A DNA stretch of 64,000 nucleotides. It comes from Gemmatales bacterium. Its GTDB lineage: Bacteria > Planctomycetota > Planctomycetia > Gemmatales > HRBIN36. How positions within the stretch are numbered: the stretch's first letter is position 1; every line of letters begins with the position of its first letter. Of the stretch, positions 10,264 through 20,384 are shown piece by piece. The position numbers and the translations under genes were made by a program. The stretch is taken from NCBI GenBank assembly GCA_041640595.1, contig JBEPZY010000002.1:276551-340550 (forward strand), read 5' to 3'. The notes beneath the pieces are model-generated. The model saw nothing but the letters and a program-made list of their open reading frames with translations, was not told the DNA's origin and did no database searches.

Positions 10264-10758
10264 TCACCGGACGCGTTCGCCTGCTTCAAACCATGCCATG
10301 GTGGGACGCTTGGGTGGGTTGCCTTCCTCGCCCAGTGCAAAGGTAGTTATCGGGCCTCTGGGTGGCTTTACGCCTTCTTCGTTCCGGACGTTGGTGGTCG
10401 GCGGGACGCGAGGCGGGTTGCCCTCCTCACCTAACGCCAGTGTGGTTACCTGTCCTGGCGGTAATACGATCCGGGGCGGATTGCCTTCTTCTCCGAGCGC
10501 TTGCGTGGTAAATTGTCCCGGCGGCAGGTTTGGCCGCTGCGGATTTGCCGGCGGACGAGCAGTTCGCTCGGAAGCGATCGCACTGGCCATCGGCAGAATC
10601 AGCGTGCTGGCAACCGCAGCACACAGGCGGTCCAACCATTCCCGCCGAGAGAGCCGGTGCGAAGAATCGGTTGGCTCGTTCCTGGTCTGGGGCACAGGAG
10701 CGCCTACTGCTTCCGATTCGCACCCAGCGAGGTTCAGTCCGTCAAAGGGATGACGCAT
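10264..10758 (-). CDS. Multicore graspetide precursor (4x TTxxxxEE) with a putative Tat signal
   Basis: GGAGG RBS. Cores TTQALGEE, TTLALGEE, TTNVRNEE and TTFALGEE. SRREWL, a hydrophobic stretch and ASA/AIA lie at aa 37-62. Confidence 0.85.
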   Translation of the reverse strand: MRHPFDGLNLAGCESEAVGAPVPQTRNEPTDSSHRLSRREWLDRLCAAVASTLILPMASAIASERTARPPANPQRPNLPPGQFTTQALGEEGNPPRIVLPPGQVTTLALGEEGNPPRVPPTTNVRNEEGVKPPRGPITTFALGEEGNPPKRPTMAWFEAGERVR

Positions 10759-11305
10759 GGCACACCTCCGCGCTCGGCTTCAAATGTCCGAATTTATCCC
10801 GTCCCAGTATCGTCCTTATCAGCCAGTCCGCGACAACAATTCTCGCCAGAGTTTGCCCACATCACCCCGACCGCCGCGTTGTCCCCATTTCTAAAGACGA
10901 ATTTGCCCCGGAAAAAGTTTCAGCTTCAGTGCATCCATCGCACCTGACAATGCCATCGGCTTCGGCACCATTCAAGGATTTAGTCCTTGGTTTACTCCTT
11001 AGTGCTAACGCAGTGGCACAGGAGCCTTGCGCGGCAAGTAGAGCCAAATAACGCTGTCCACCGCAAGCGCGAACGCTATGGGAGCTGCCCACCGCCAGAG
11101 CAACCACCTCGGCGAGCCTTGCGAGTACCTGCGGTTGTGCTTGACAACTGCGGGGAAGTTAACTATGGGCGGTCGGCCTTGTACGGGGCCGGTAAGCGGT
11201 GGAGGGGCAGCGCGAAAGGACACCAGCCCAATACCAGGCCAGGTCGCGGATTCGCTTACCTGGTACAACGCCCAAGCGCCAGCACGGGGGGAGAAACTAA
11301 TCCGT

Positions 11306-13666
11306 ATGACGCACTTGTGCCGTTCTTATTGGCTCTGGTCGGTGGCGGGGCTGTGTGGCCTGGCGACCTGGTTATGCCTGGCACAGTCGCCGGAGTTGAT
11401 CGTCGCCGAGGTGCGTATCGAAGGCGCACGCCGTCAGCCCGAACAAGCCATCCTCAATATGCTGAAAACCCGTCCAGGCCGCGTTTATAACCCGCTGGAA
11501 ATTCAGGAAGATGTCCGCAAACTGATGGAAACCAACTGGTTCGCCGATGTTCGCCCGGCCGAAGCACGCACTCCCCAGGGAGTCGTGGTCATCTTCCGTG
11601 TCGTCGAACGCCCGACCATCAAGGAAATCATTTACGACGGCGCCAAGCATCTCAGCCGGAAAGAGCTGGAAGAAATTACCGGATTGCGACCCGGCGGGCC
11701 GATGGACCCGGCTCTGAACTGGCGGGCCCGCGAGGCCATCGAACGCAAATACAAAGAAAAAGGTCGGTTGCTGGCGCGCGTGGAACTTGTCGAAGGAACC
11801 AAGTCCGACGACCTCCGCGTGGTCTTCCGCATTACCGAAGGGCCGGTCATTCGTATCCGCAGCCTCAGCTTTGAAGGCAACAACTTCGTCAGCGCTGCCC
11901 GGCTGAAAACGCAGATTGATTCGCGGGCCACCTTGCTGGGATTTTTCGGCGAATACGATCCGGAACGCCTGGATAACGACGTGTTGAAGTTGCTGAAATA
12001 CTACCACACCTTCGGCTTTTTCGAGGCCCGCATCGGTCGCAAGGTTTTCTGGCAGCCCGGCAGTGATCGCGTGGATGTCGTTTTCGTGATTGAAGAAGGG
12101 CCGCGATCCTATATCGCCGGCACCGAGGTTGCCGGGAATCGCATCCTCGACCAGAGCATGCTCCTCGCCCATGACAAAACCGAAAAAGGCAAGCCCTACA
12201 ACGCCAATATCGTCCAGGCCAGCGCTCGAGAAATGCGTGATGAATACTGGAAACGCGGCTATGTCTTCGCGGATGTCCAGCCGATCCTCAAATACAGCAG
12301 CGAGCCGGGAGTTACGACTGTTGTTTACCAGGTCAATGAAGGCCCATTGCCGCAGACCGGCGAGCCATATCGAGTCGGCGAAATCCGCATCGTCGGTAAC
12401 ACGGTCACCCAGGATCGCGTCATCCGGCGGGAACTTGTCGGCCTGGAACCGGGCCAGGTGTTTGACCGAACGGCTATCGCTCTCAGCGAACGCAATCTCT
12501 CGCGACTGCGCATCTTCAGGGAAGACCCGATTCAGGGAATTCGCCCCACCATCACCATCCTCAACGAAACCGATCCCTCGCCGTATAAGGATCTGCTGGT
12601 GGAAGTGCAGGAGGATCGCACCGGTTCGCTGTTAGTAGGAGCGGCGTTCAGCACTGATTACGGTGCCAACCTGAGCATTATCCTCAACGAGCGAAACTTC
12701 GACATTTTTGGCTTTCCGCGTTTGACAAGCTGGGATGATTTCTGGACGGATTTGACCAGCGGTCGCGCCTTCCGCGGGGCTGGCCAGGAATTGAGAATCG
12801 AGGCCATTCCAGGTACCGAAATCAGCCGCTACACCATTACCTGGCGTGAACCCCGGTTATTCGATAGCCCCTACAGTTTAGGCGTGGGTGGCTATTACTA
12901 CACGCGGATTTTCGATGAATACACGGAACAGCGTACTGGTGGGAGGATCACGCTGGGCCGACGGTTGACCCCGGAGTGGAGCTTCAACGTCGGTTTTCGC
13001 ATCGAGGATGTGAAAGTGCGGAGTATTCCACCGACCGCGCCGCCGGATTTCTTCGAGGTGGCCGGGCATAATTTCGTTTTAGCCCCGCGTATCGCTCTGG
13101 TGCGGGACACGCGCGATTCGATCATCCGCGCCACCACGGGCAATTTCCTGGAAATCGCTTACGAGCAGGGATTGGGCGATTTCACCTATCCGATTGTGAC
13201 CATCGAGGATAGCCAGTACTGGACGATTTACGAACGGCCCGACGGTTCCGGTCGGCACGTGCTGGTGTTGCGGGGGATTGTCGGTTGGGCCGGCGACGAC
13301 ACGCCGCTTTTCGATCGTTTCTACGCTGGCGGTTTCCGCACGCTGCGTGGTTTCCGATTCCGGGGCGTCGGACCGCGAGTTAACGGTTTCAACGTTGGCG
13401 GCACGTTTGAAGCGCTCGGCAGCCTCGAATACCAGGTTCCCTTGCTGGCCAATGATATGATTTACGCCATCGCCTTTACCGATTTCGGTACCGTGGACAG
13501 CGATGTAACGCTGGAAAATTTCCGCGTCTCCGCCGGTTTCGGTCTGCGGATCAATGTGCCGATGTTAGGCCCGGCCCCGATCGCACTCGATTGGGGCTTC
13601 CCGATCGTCAAGGAAGATGGCGATCGCCGGCGCACCTTCTTCTTCGGCATCGCTTTCTCGCGGTGA
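11306..13666 (+). CDS. bamA: Outer-membrane protein assembly factor BamA (Omp85 family)
   Basis: Signal peptide, POTRA repeats, RFYAGG...LRGFRFRGVGP (VRGF-like) motif and C-terminal FFFGIAFSR beta-signal. The start at ATG 11306 is inferred. Confidence 0.92.
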   Translation: MTHLCRSYWLWSVAGLCGLATWLCLAQSPELIVAEVRIEGARRQPEQAILNMLKTRPGRVYNPLEIQEDVRKLMETNWFADVRPAEARTPQGVVVIFRVVERPTIKEIIYDGAKHLSRKELEEITGLRPGGPMDPALNWRAREAIERKYKEKGRLLARVELVEGTKSDDLRVVFRITEGPVIRIRSLSFEGNNFVSAARLKTQIDSRATLLGFFGEYDPERLDNDVLKLLKYYHTFGFFEARIGRKVFWQPGSDRVDVVFVIEEGPRSYIAGTEVAGNRILDQSMLLAHDKTEKGKPYNANIVQASAREMRDEYWKRGYVFADVQPILKYSSEPGVTTVVYQVNEGPLPQTGEPYRVGEIRIVGNTVTQDRVIRRELVGLEPGQVFDRTAIALSERNLSRLRIFREDPIQGIRPTITILNETDPSPYKDLLVEVQEDRTGSLLVGAAFSTDYGANLSIILNERNFDIFGFPRLTSWDDFWTDLTSGRAFRGAGQELRIEAIPGTEISRYTITWREPRLFDSPYSLGVGGYYYTRIFDEYTEQRTGGRITLGRRLTPEWSFNVGFRIEDVKVRSIPPTAPPDFFEVAGHNFVLAPRIALVRDTRDSIIRATTGNFLEIAYEQGLGDFTYPIVTIEDSQYWTIYERPDGSGRHVLVLRGIVGWAGDDTPLFDRFYAGGFRTLRGFRFRGVGPRVNGFNVGGTFEALGSLEYQVPLLANDMIYAIAFTDFGTVDSDVTLENFRVSAGFGLRINVPMLGPAPIALDWGFPIVKEDGDRRRTFFFGIAFSR

Positions 13667-13899
13667 AATCGTCTGCTCGCCGGCGAAGACGGGCGGCTGC
13701 TGTGTGAAGGACACGGTGTTGGCGGCTGTTTGGAGGACATGGTGACGGTTCAGCGAGCGCGGTAGCAGCCTCGACTCTTGCGTGTCAACGGCTGCTCGGA
13801 GGACACGGTGATTTTCGCTTTGCCGCTTCGTTCTGAAACAGGCGTTTTGTACAGCGCAAAAGTCGCATTTTCATCCAAAACCACCATCGTGCAATGCAG

Positions 13900-15125
13900 C
13901 CAGGAGCGGCGGGCGTCAGCCCGCCGTGGGTGTTTGGCAAACGCACTTGCAACACCGATACCGCTCACGACCGGGGACACTCGTCACGTGCGGAGACAAG
14001 AGCGGCGGGCGTCAGCCCGCCGTGGGTATCGGTATCGCACTTGCAAAGGCGCTTCCACAAAGTCGCAGGAGACCGCCGGCAGTTTGTGTGCCGATCGCCG
14101 GCGCTGTCGCGCTCAGCGGTGCAGCAAAGGGGCGACTGTTGTACCAGCGCCGGCTTTCCGTGATTTTCAGTCGTTGTGCTCCCGTGCAGGGTAGCCACGG
14201 GGGGCTAACGCCCCCCGCTCTTGGTTGTACATGCGTTTGTGCATCGCAAAAGTCGCCATTTCACCGGCACACGTTCGCGCCTGCAACCAGGAGCGGCGGG
14301 CGTGAGCCCGCCGTGGGTGTGGGAAAGATGTTCACGCAGACAAAAGCGCGATTGTTCGGCAGACCCCCGACGGTGCGTGTGCCGATGGCCGTTGCATTCG
14401 CGTCCAGGCTTACACGGGGGGCTAACGCCCCCCGCTCTTGTGTTGCAGTGCGAAGGTCCGCCGGCGAAAAACGATTTTTGCGATGCACGAACGCACGTCC
14501 ACAAGAGCGGCGGGCGTGAGCCCGCCGTGGGTGGCGGAAACGCACTTGCAACACCGATACCGCTCACGTCCGGGGACACTCGTCACGTGCGGACACAAGA
14601 GCGGCGGGCGTCAGCCCGCCGTGGGCGTGGGTAACGCACTTGCAGGAACGGTTCCGCAAAGTCGCAGGAGGCCGCCGGTAGTGTCCTCACGAACTTCGGT
14701 GCAGTGGCGTCCAGCGGCGCCGCGAAGGGCCGACTGTTGTACCAACGCCGGCTTTCCGTGATTTTCAGTCGTTGTGCTCCCGTGCAGGGTAGCCACGGGG
14801 GGCTAACGCCCCCCCGCTCTTGGTTGTACATGCGTTTGTGCATCGCGAAAGTCGTCATTTCACCGGCACGCGTTCGCGCCTGCAACCAGGAGCGGCGGGC
14901 GTCAGCCCGCCGTGGGTGAGAGTATCGCACTTGCACAGGCGCTTTAGCAAAGTCACGCGAGGTCGCCGGCAGTGCGCTCACGAACGCCGGTGCAGGCGCG
15001 TTAGCGAACCACGGGGGGCTTACGCCCCCCGCTCTTGGTTGCACGCACGCATATCGTCGGAGATGGGCGGTTGCGATTTGCAACGGCGTTTTGTTTCACA
15101 CGGGGGGCTGACGCCCCCGCTCTTG
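13900..15125. repeat. REP/BIME-like array 3 (~11 units, inverted relative to array 1)
   Basis: CAGGAGCGGCGGGCGTCAGCCCGCCGTGG and CCACGGGGGGCTAACGCCCCCCGCTCTTG units sharing linker modules with the other arrays. Confidence 0.9.
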
Positions 15126-15287
15126 ACGGGTGATTGTGCAGCCTGGCGGTTTTCCGAATGCTCGTCGTCATCTGGTAACGTCGGTATGGTGGTCGGGTCA
15201 TACAAAAGTCCTGGACGGCGGTTGGTTTCGCCTCGCCATCTCCCATCCGGCGAACAGAACGACAAAGCCAGGGGAAGTATTACGGTC

Positions 15288-16199
15288 ATGGCTGCGAAAA
15301 ATGCTACCCGAAAACTCCGTGAAACTCTGAAGCACCAGGCGATACAGGTGCCTGGTGTGTGGGACGCGGTCAGCGCCCGATTAGCCGAGCGACTCGGTTT
15401 TGCCGCGGTCTATATTTCAGGGGCAGCCTTCTCGGCGAGTCTCGGTCTGCCCGATGTCGGTCTGGTGACGCTGACGGAGCTGGCGGAAAAAACGCGGCAA
15501 CTCTGTCTCGCCGTCAACCTGCCGGTACTGGTGGATGCCGACACTGGTTTCGGCGAGGCGGTCAACGTCGAACGCACGGTACGGCTCCTGGAACAGGCCG
15601 GCGCTGCCGGGCTTCATTTGGAAGATCAGGAACTGCCCAAGCGATGCGGTCATCTCAGCGGCAAACGGCTGGTACCGGTGGCGGTCATGGTTCAGAAAAT
15701 CCGCGCTGCGGTGGCGGCGCGACGGAACGGCGATTTCCTGATCCTGGCGCGTACCGATGCCCGCGGCCTGGAAGGTCTGGACAGTGCCATTCAGCGAGCC
15801 CGGGCGTATCTGCAAGCCGGAGCCGATGGCATCTTCCCGGAAGCACTGGAATCGCTGGAAGAGTTCGCTACCTTTGCCCGCGCTGTGCCGGCTTTGCTGG
15901 TGGCCAACATGACCGAGTTTGGGAAAAGTCCGTTGCTGGACTTTGCGACGCTGGTCGGGCTGGGCTATCGCATCGTCCTGTACCCGGTAACGCTGGCCCG
16001 ATTGGCCTGGAAAGCTGCCGAAGAGGGTTTGCGCTACTTGCAGCAACACGGCCAGCAGCGCGAGCTGGTGCCGAAAATGCTCACGCGGCAGGAACTTTAC
16101 GATCTGCTCGGCTATCATGACTATGAAGAGCGGGATCGGCAGTATTTCACGGCCAGCTCCACAGCCACTATCACTCCAACACAGGAACCCAGCGAATGA
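15288..16199 (+). CDS. prpB: 2-methylisocitrate lyase (isocitrate lyase/PEP mutase family)
   Basis: DADTGFG, LEDQ..PKRCGH, ARTDA and ANMTEFGKSP motifs; ATGA overlap with a citrate synthase gene. The ORF-track start at 14820 lies inside the repeat array. Confidence 0.9.
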   Translation: MAAKNATRKLRETLKHQAIQVPGVWDAVSARLAERLGFAAVYISGAAFSASLGLPDVGLVTLTELAEKTRQLCLAVNLPVLVDADTGFGEAVNVERTVRLLEQAGAAGLHLEDQELPKRCGHLSGKRLVPVAVMVQKIRAAVAARRNGDFLILARTDARGLEGLDSAIQRARAYLQAGADGIFPEALESLEEFATFARAVPALLVANMTEFGKSPLLDFATLVGLGYRIVLYPVTLARLAWKAAEEGLRYLQQHGQQRELVPKMLTRQELYDLLGYHDYEERDRQYFTASSTATITPTQEPSE

Positions 16200-17353
16200 G
16201 CAGCGAGATTTACGCACCGGGACTGGAAGGGATCATCGCCGGGGAAACCGCTATCAGCACCGTCGAAGGGGGGCTGCGGTATCGCGGCTACGCCATCGGT
16301 GAGCTGGCGGAAAAGACCTGCTACGAAGAAGTCGCGTATCTGCTCCTGTACGGGGAATTGCCACGTTCGGCGGAATTAGCAGCATTCCGACAGCGGCTGG
16401 AAGAAGCGCGACAACTGCCGGCTGCGCTGGTAACTCTGCTGCGGCAATTGCCACCAAACACGCCTTCCATGGATGTGGTGCGTACCGCCGTCAGTGTGCT
16501 GGCCCATTTCGACCCCGATTACCGCACCTGGCCGAAAGAATTGGCCTCGCCCGCGGCGACTGAACGCTGTATCCAGCTCGGCCGCAGAATCGCCGAACGA
16601 TTGCTCGCGCAACTGGCCACTACTGTTCCCGCTTACCATCGCCTGTGCCGCGGTCTGGAACCGTTGCCACCACGGCCGGGCTTGTCCCATGCCGCCCAAT
16701 TCCTGTATCAACTCACCGGCGAGGTGCCGGATGAGCTGAGCCAGCGGGCTTTTGACGTTTCGCTCATTTTGTACGCCGAACACGAGTTCAACGCCTCCAC
16801 TTTCACGGCGCGGGTGATCACTTCGACGTTGTCGGACATGTACTCGGCGGTGGTCGGGGCGATCGGTGCTTTGAAAGGTCCGCTGCACGGTGGAGCCAAC
16901 GAATACGTCATGCCGTTACTCCGAGCCATCGGCAGTCCGGACAAAGTGGAAACGCATTTGCAGCAGATGCTGGCACGCAAGGAACGGGTGATGGGGTTTG
17001 GGCATCGCGTTTACAAAACCGGCGACTTGCGGGCGGTTATTCTGGCCAGCTGGGCCAGGCGACTTGCCGAAGCACGCGGGACAACCGTCTGGGAACAAAT
17101 CGCCGAACGTGTCGAACAGTTCCTCGCTCAGAGCAAAAATCTGCATCCGAACCTGGATTGGCCGGCGGGTCGGCTTTACTTCTACCTGGGTTTGCCGGTG
17201 GAACTGTACACGCCGATCTTCGCCATGGCCCGCGTGGCCGGGTGGTGTGCACACATACTCGAACAGTGGCAGGCGAATCGTCTCATTCGACCGCGTGCTC
17301 GTTATATCGGCCCTGCACCCCGGCCAGTGCTTCCGCTGAGTGAACGCGGCTAA
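16196..17353 (+). CDS. prpC: 2-methylcitrate synthase / citrate synthase
   Basis: GLEG, LRYRGY, YAEHEFNASTF, GPLHGGAN, MGFGHRVYK and PNLDW motifs; translationally coupled to prpB. Confidence 0.88.
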   Translation: MSSEIYAPGLEGIIAGETAISTVEGGLRYRGYAIGELAEKTCYEEVAYLLLYGELPRSAELAAFRQRLEEARQLPAALVTLLRQLPPNTPSMDVVRTAVSVLAHFDPDYRTWPKELASPAATERCIQLGRRIAERLLAQLATTVPAYHRLCRGLEPLPPRPGLSHAAQFLYQLTGEVPDELSQRAFDVSLILYAEHEFNASTFTARVITSTLSDMYSAVVGAIGALKGPLHGGANEYVMPLLRAIGSPDKVETHLQQMLARKERVMGFGHRVYKTGDLRAVILASWARRLAEARGTTVWEQIAERVEQFLAQSKNLHPNLDWPAGRLYFYLGLPVELYTPIFAMARVAGWCAHILEQWQANRLIRPRARYIGPAPRPVLPLSERG

Positions 17354-17535
17354 CCGATTCGCACACGGCACGTCGCGATTGGCGATGGCTGAGGCGAGAG
17401 CGTGGGCTGGCAGTATCGTCGGCAACTCTGGCTTTGCTCGCGGTAATTCCTAGCATGTTTTCCAGGAAACTCACCTCGCCCGAAGCTGGCTCGATCAGGG
17501 CAACCACGGGCACCACCCAACCAGGAGGTACACCG

Positions 17536-18213
17536 ATGCGACGCGGAATGCTGAAACTTTTGCTGTGTGTGCTGACTCCGGCCATGCTCAGCCTGTCAAT
17601 GGCTCAGGAACAGGCCAAGCCGTCCGGCAAAGCCATTCCTCTGTTCAACGGCAAGGATTTCACCGGCTGGAGGAAATTCGTTGACCCGAAGTCCAAGGCC
17701 GACCCGGACAAAATCTTTACCGTCCGCGATGGTATCATCGTCGTGGACGGCAGCGTCAACGGCTACCTGATCACAGAGAAGGAATACGGTGACTACGTGT
17801 TGACACTGGAATGGCGGTGGGGAGAAAAAGTCCATCGCGGTCGCAATAGCGGCGTGTTCGTGCATGTCAGCGGCCCGGATCAAATCTGGCCCAAGGGCGT
17901 CGAAGCACAGTTGATGGCTGATCATGCCGGCGATTTCTGGCTCGTCGGTGGATTCAAGCTCCAGGTCGATCCGAAACGCCAGGACCCGAAAATCCCGCGA
18001 CATTACTTCCGCATGAAGGATAACGTGGAGAAACCGATCGGCGAATGGAACCGTTATGAAATCACCTGCGACGGCCCGAAGATTCGCCTGGTGATCAACG
18101 GCCAGCTGGTCAATGAAGGCACGGACGCCGAAGCGACGCGGGGCAAGATTCTGCTGCAATCCGAAGGAGCGGAGATTCACTTCCGCAACATTTACCTGAC
18201 CCCGCTCAAATAA
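17536..18213 (+). CDS. DUF1080 / 3-keto-disaccharide hydrolase family secreted protein
   Basis: Signal peptide; LFNGKDFTGW, NSGVF, GEWNRYEI and LQSEG..IHFRNI motifs; AGGAGG RBS. Confidence 0.9.
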   Translation: MRRGMLKLLLCVLTPAMLSLSMAQEQAKPSGKAIPLFNGKDFTGWRKFVDPKSKADPDKIFTVRDGIIVVDGSVNGYLITEKEYGDYVLTLEWRWGEKVHRGRNSGVFVHVSGPDQIWPKGVEAQLMADHAGDFWLVGGFKLQVDPKRQDPKIPRHYFRMKDNVEKPIGEWNRYEITCDGPKIRLVINGQLVNEGTDAEATRGKILLQSEGAEIHFRNIYLTPLK

Positions 18214-18265
18214 CGAGAGCGTCAATCATCGGCGAGCTAACATCGGCCGCTTTTGAGATGCGACC

Positions 18266-19123
18266 ATGCAATTGTGCAAATTTCGCTCGTCAGCCGGCGA
18301 GGTACGCGTCGGCTTGATTCGGCAGGGGCAAGTCTATCCGCTTGGCCTCACCGATACTCCCGACCGCCCGGCTCTCAGCAGCGTCCTGCATTCGGCCAAC
18401 CCGGCAGAACAGGCTTGGCAGCTGGCGAACCACGCTGCGCCGGTCGGCACATTGTCCGAACTGGCACTCCTTCCGCCCCTCGATCGTCAGGAAGTCTGGG
18501 CCGCCGGGGTTACTTACAAACGCAGCGAGGAAGCTCGCAAACGCGAGTCGCAAGGGGCCGCTATTTTCTACGACATGGTGTATCGTGCTGAGCGACCGGA
18601 GCTGTTTTTCAAAGCCCCGGCCTGTCGCGTGGTTGGTCCCGGCCAGCCTGTGCGGATTCGCCGCGATTCTCGCTGGAGTGTTCCCGAACCGGAACTTGCC
18701 CTCGTCCTCGATCCGCAGTTACGCGTTGTCGGCTACACCATCGGCAACGATATGAGCGCCCGCGACATCGAAGGCGAAAATCCGCTCTACCTTCCGCAGG
18801 CCAAAATCTACGACGGCAGTTGTGCCCTGGGCCCGGTGATTACACTCAGCGACGCCATGCCTGCGTTCGGCGCAGTGACCATTCGCCTGGTGATCGAGCG
18901 CAACGGGCAAACGGTTTTCGACGGCCAGACCTCGCTGGCGGCGATGCATCGCAGTGTTACCGAGCTGGCGCACTGGCTGGGTCGGGAACTTTCTTTCCCC
19001 GACGGCGTCATTCTGTTGACCGGCACCGGGATCGTTCCGCCCGATGACTTCAGTCTGCAATCCGGCGATGTCATTCACATAGACATTACCGGCATCGGTC
19101 GGCTCACCAACCCGGTCGCTTGA
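18266..19123 (+). CDS. Fumarylacetoacetate hydrolase family protein (2-keto-3-deoxy-pentonate dehydratase-like)
   Basis: EVWAAGVTY, RPELFFK, VPEPEL, GNDMSARDIEGENPLYLPQAK and LLTGTG motifs. Confidence 0.9.
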   Translation: MQLCKFRSSAGEVRVGLIRQGQVYPLGLTDTPDRPALSSVLHSANPAEQAWQLANHAAPVGTLSELALLPPLDRQEVWAAGVTYKRSEEARKRESQGAAIFYDMVYRAERPELFFKAPACRVVGPGQPVRIRRDSRWSVPEPELALVLDPQLRVVGYTIGNDMSARDIEGENPLYLPQAKIYDGSCALGPVITLSDAMPAFGAVTIRLVIERNGQTVFDGQTSLAAMHRSVTELAHWLGRELSFPDGVILLTGTGIVPPDDFSLQSGDVIHIDITGIGRLTNPVA

Positions 19124-19199
19124 ATCTCCCCCGCCCGCCGGTGAGTTGACTCCCCATCCGACGCCGGTAACCCGAACCCACATCGCGCCCAGAATCGTT

Positions 19200-20229
19200 C
19201 GCGGACACTCGTCTCGTGCCGAAAACAAGAGCGGCGGGCGTCAGCCCACCGTGGCTCGGTCATACGATCGCTGTGCCGTGAGAAGCGAATGTTGTTCAGT
19301 GACGAGCGAACACACAACCAAGAGCGGCGGGCGTGAGCCCGCCGTGGGCGTGGGTAACGCACCTGCAAAGGCGCTTCCGCAAAGTCGCCGGAGACTGCCG
19401 TCGGTGTGCCCACAGACGTTGGTGCAGTAGCGCCAGCGAGCCCACGGGGGGCTTACGCCCCCCGCTCTTGTTGCATAGCGAACGCTTGCCGGCGAAAAAA
19501 CGATTTTTGCGATGCACAAACGCACGTCCGGGTCAGGAGCGGCGGGGGTGAGCCCGCCGTGGGCGTGGGTAACGCACTTGCAAAGGCGCTTCCGCAAAGT
19601 CCCGGGAGGCCGCCGGCAGTGTGCCCACGAATGCCGGTGCAGTCGCGGTAATGAACCACAGGGGGCTGACTCTTTTACCGGCGCCGGCTTTCCGTGGCCC
19701 CCAGTGGTTGCATTCGCGTGTGGTGTTCGCACGGGGGGCTAACGCCCCCCGCTCTTGTATTGCTGCGCGAACGCTTGCCGGCGAAAAAACGATTTTTGCG
19801 ATGCACAAACGCACGCTCGCCCAGGAGCGGCGGGCGTGAGCCCGCCGTGGCTCGGTCATACGATCGGTGTGCCGTGAGAAGCGAATGTTCAGCGACGAGC
19901 GAACACACAGCCAAGAGCGGCGGGCGTGAGCCCGCCGTGGTGTTCGGGAAACGCGCTTGCAGGAACGCTGACTTAAAGTCGCGGGAGACTGCCGTCGGTG
20001 TGCTTACGAACGCCGTTGCATTCGCGTCCAGCGGTGCCGCAAAGGGCCGACACTGGTACCAGCGCCGGCTTTGCGTGATTTTCAGTCGTTGTCTTCGCGT
20101 GCAGGGTTCCCACGGGGGCTAACGCCCCCCGCTCTTGTATTGCGTTGCGAACGTCTTTCGGCGAAAAAACGATTTTTGCGATGCACAAACGCACGCTCAC
20201 AGGAGCGGCGAGCGTGAGCCCGCCGTGGT
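19200..20229. repeat. REP/BIME-like array 4 (~10 units)
   Basis: Same units and linkers; lies between convergent genes. Confidence 0.9.
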
Positions 20230-20384
20230 GTGCGAGTATCGCAGTGGCAACGGAGCATGTCTTGGTCGAAAGTGCACGTGAGTAACGGGTGTGCGCCGGC
20301 TGATGTCTGCGTTGAGAGCGGTGGGCGTCAGCGGCGGTGGTTTCGCATGTGCACCAGCGGGACGGCCGGGCGATTCGGTTGTGA

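Noticed and set aside
14820..15287. N-terminal extension of prpB
   Set aside because: It lies mostly in REP array 3; similarity to the lyase family starts near ATG 15288.
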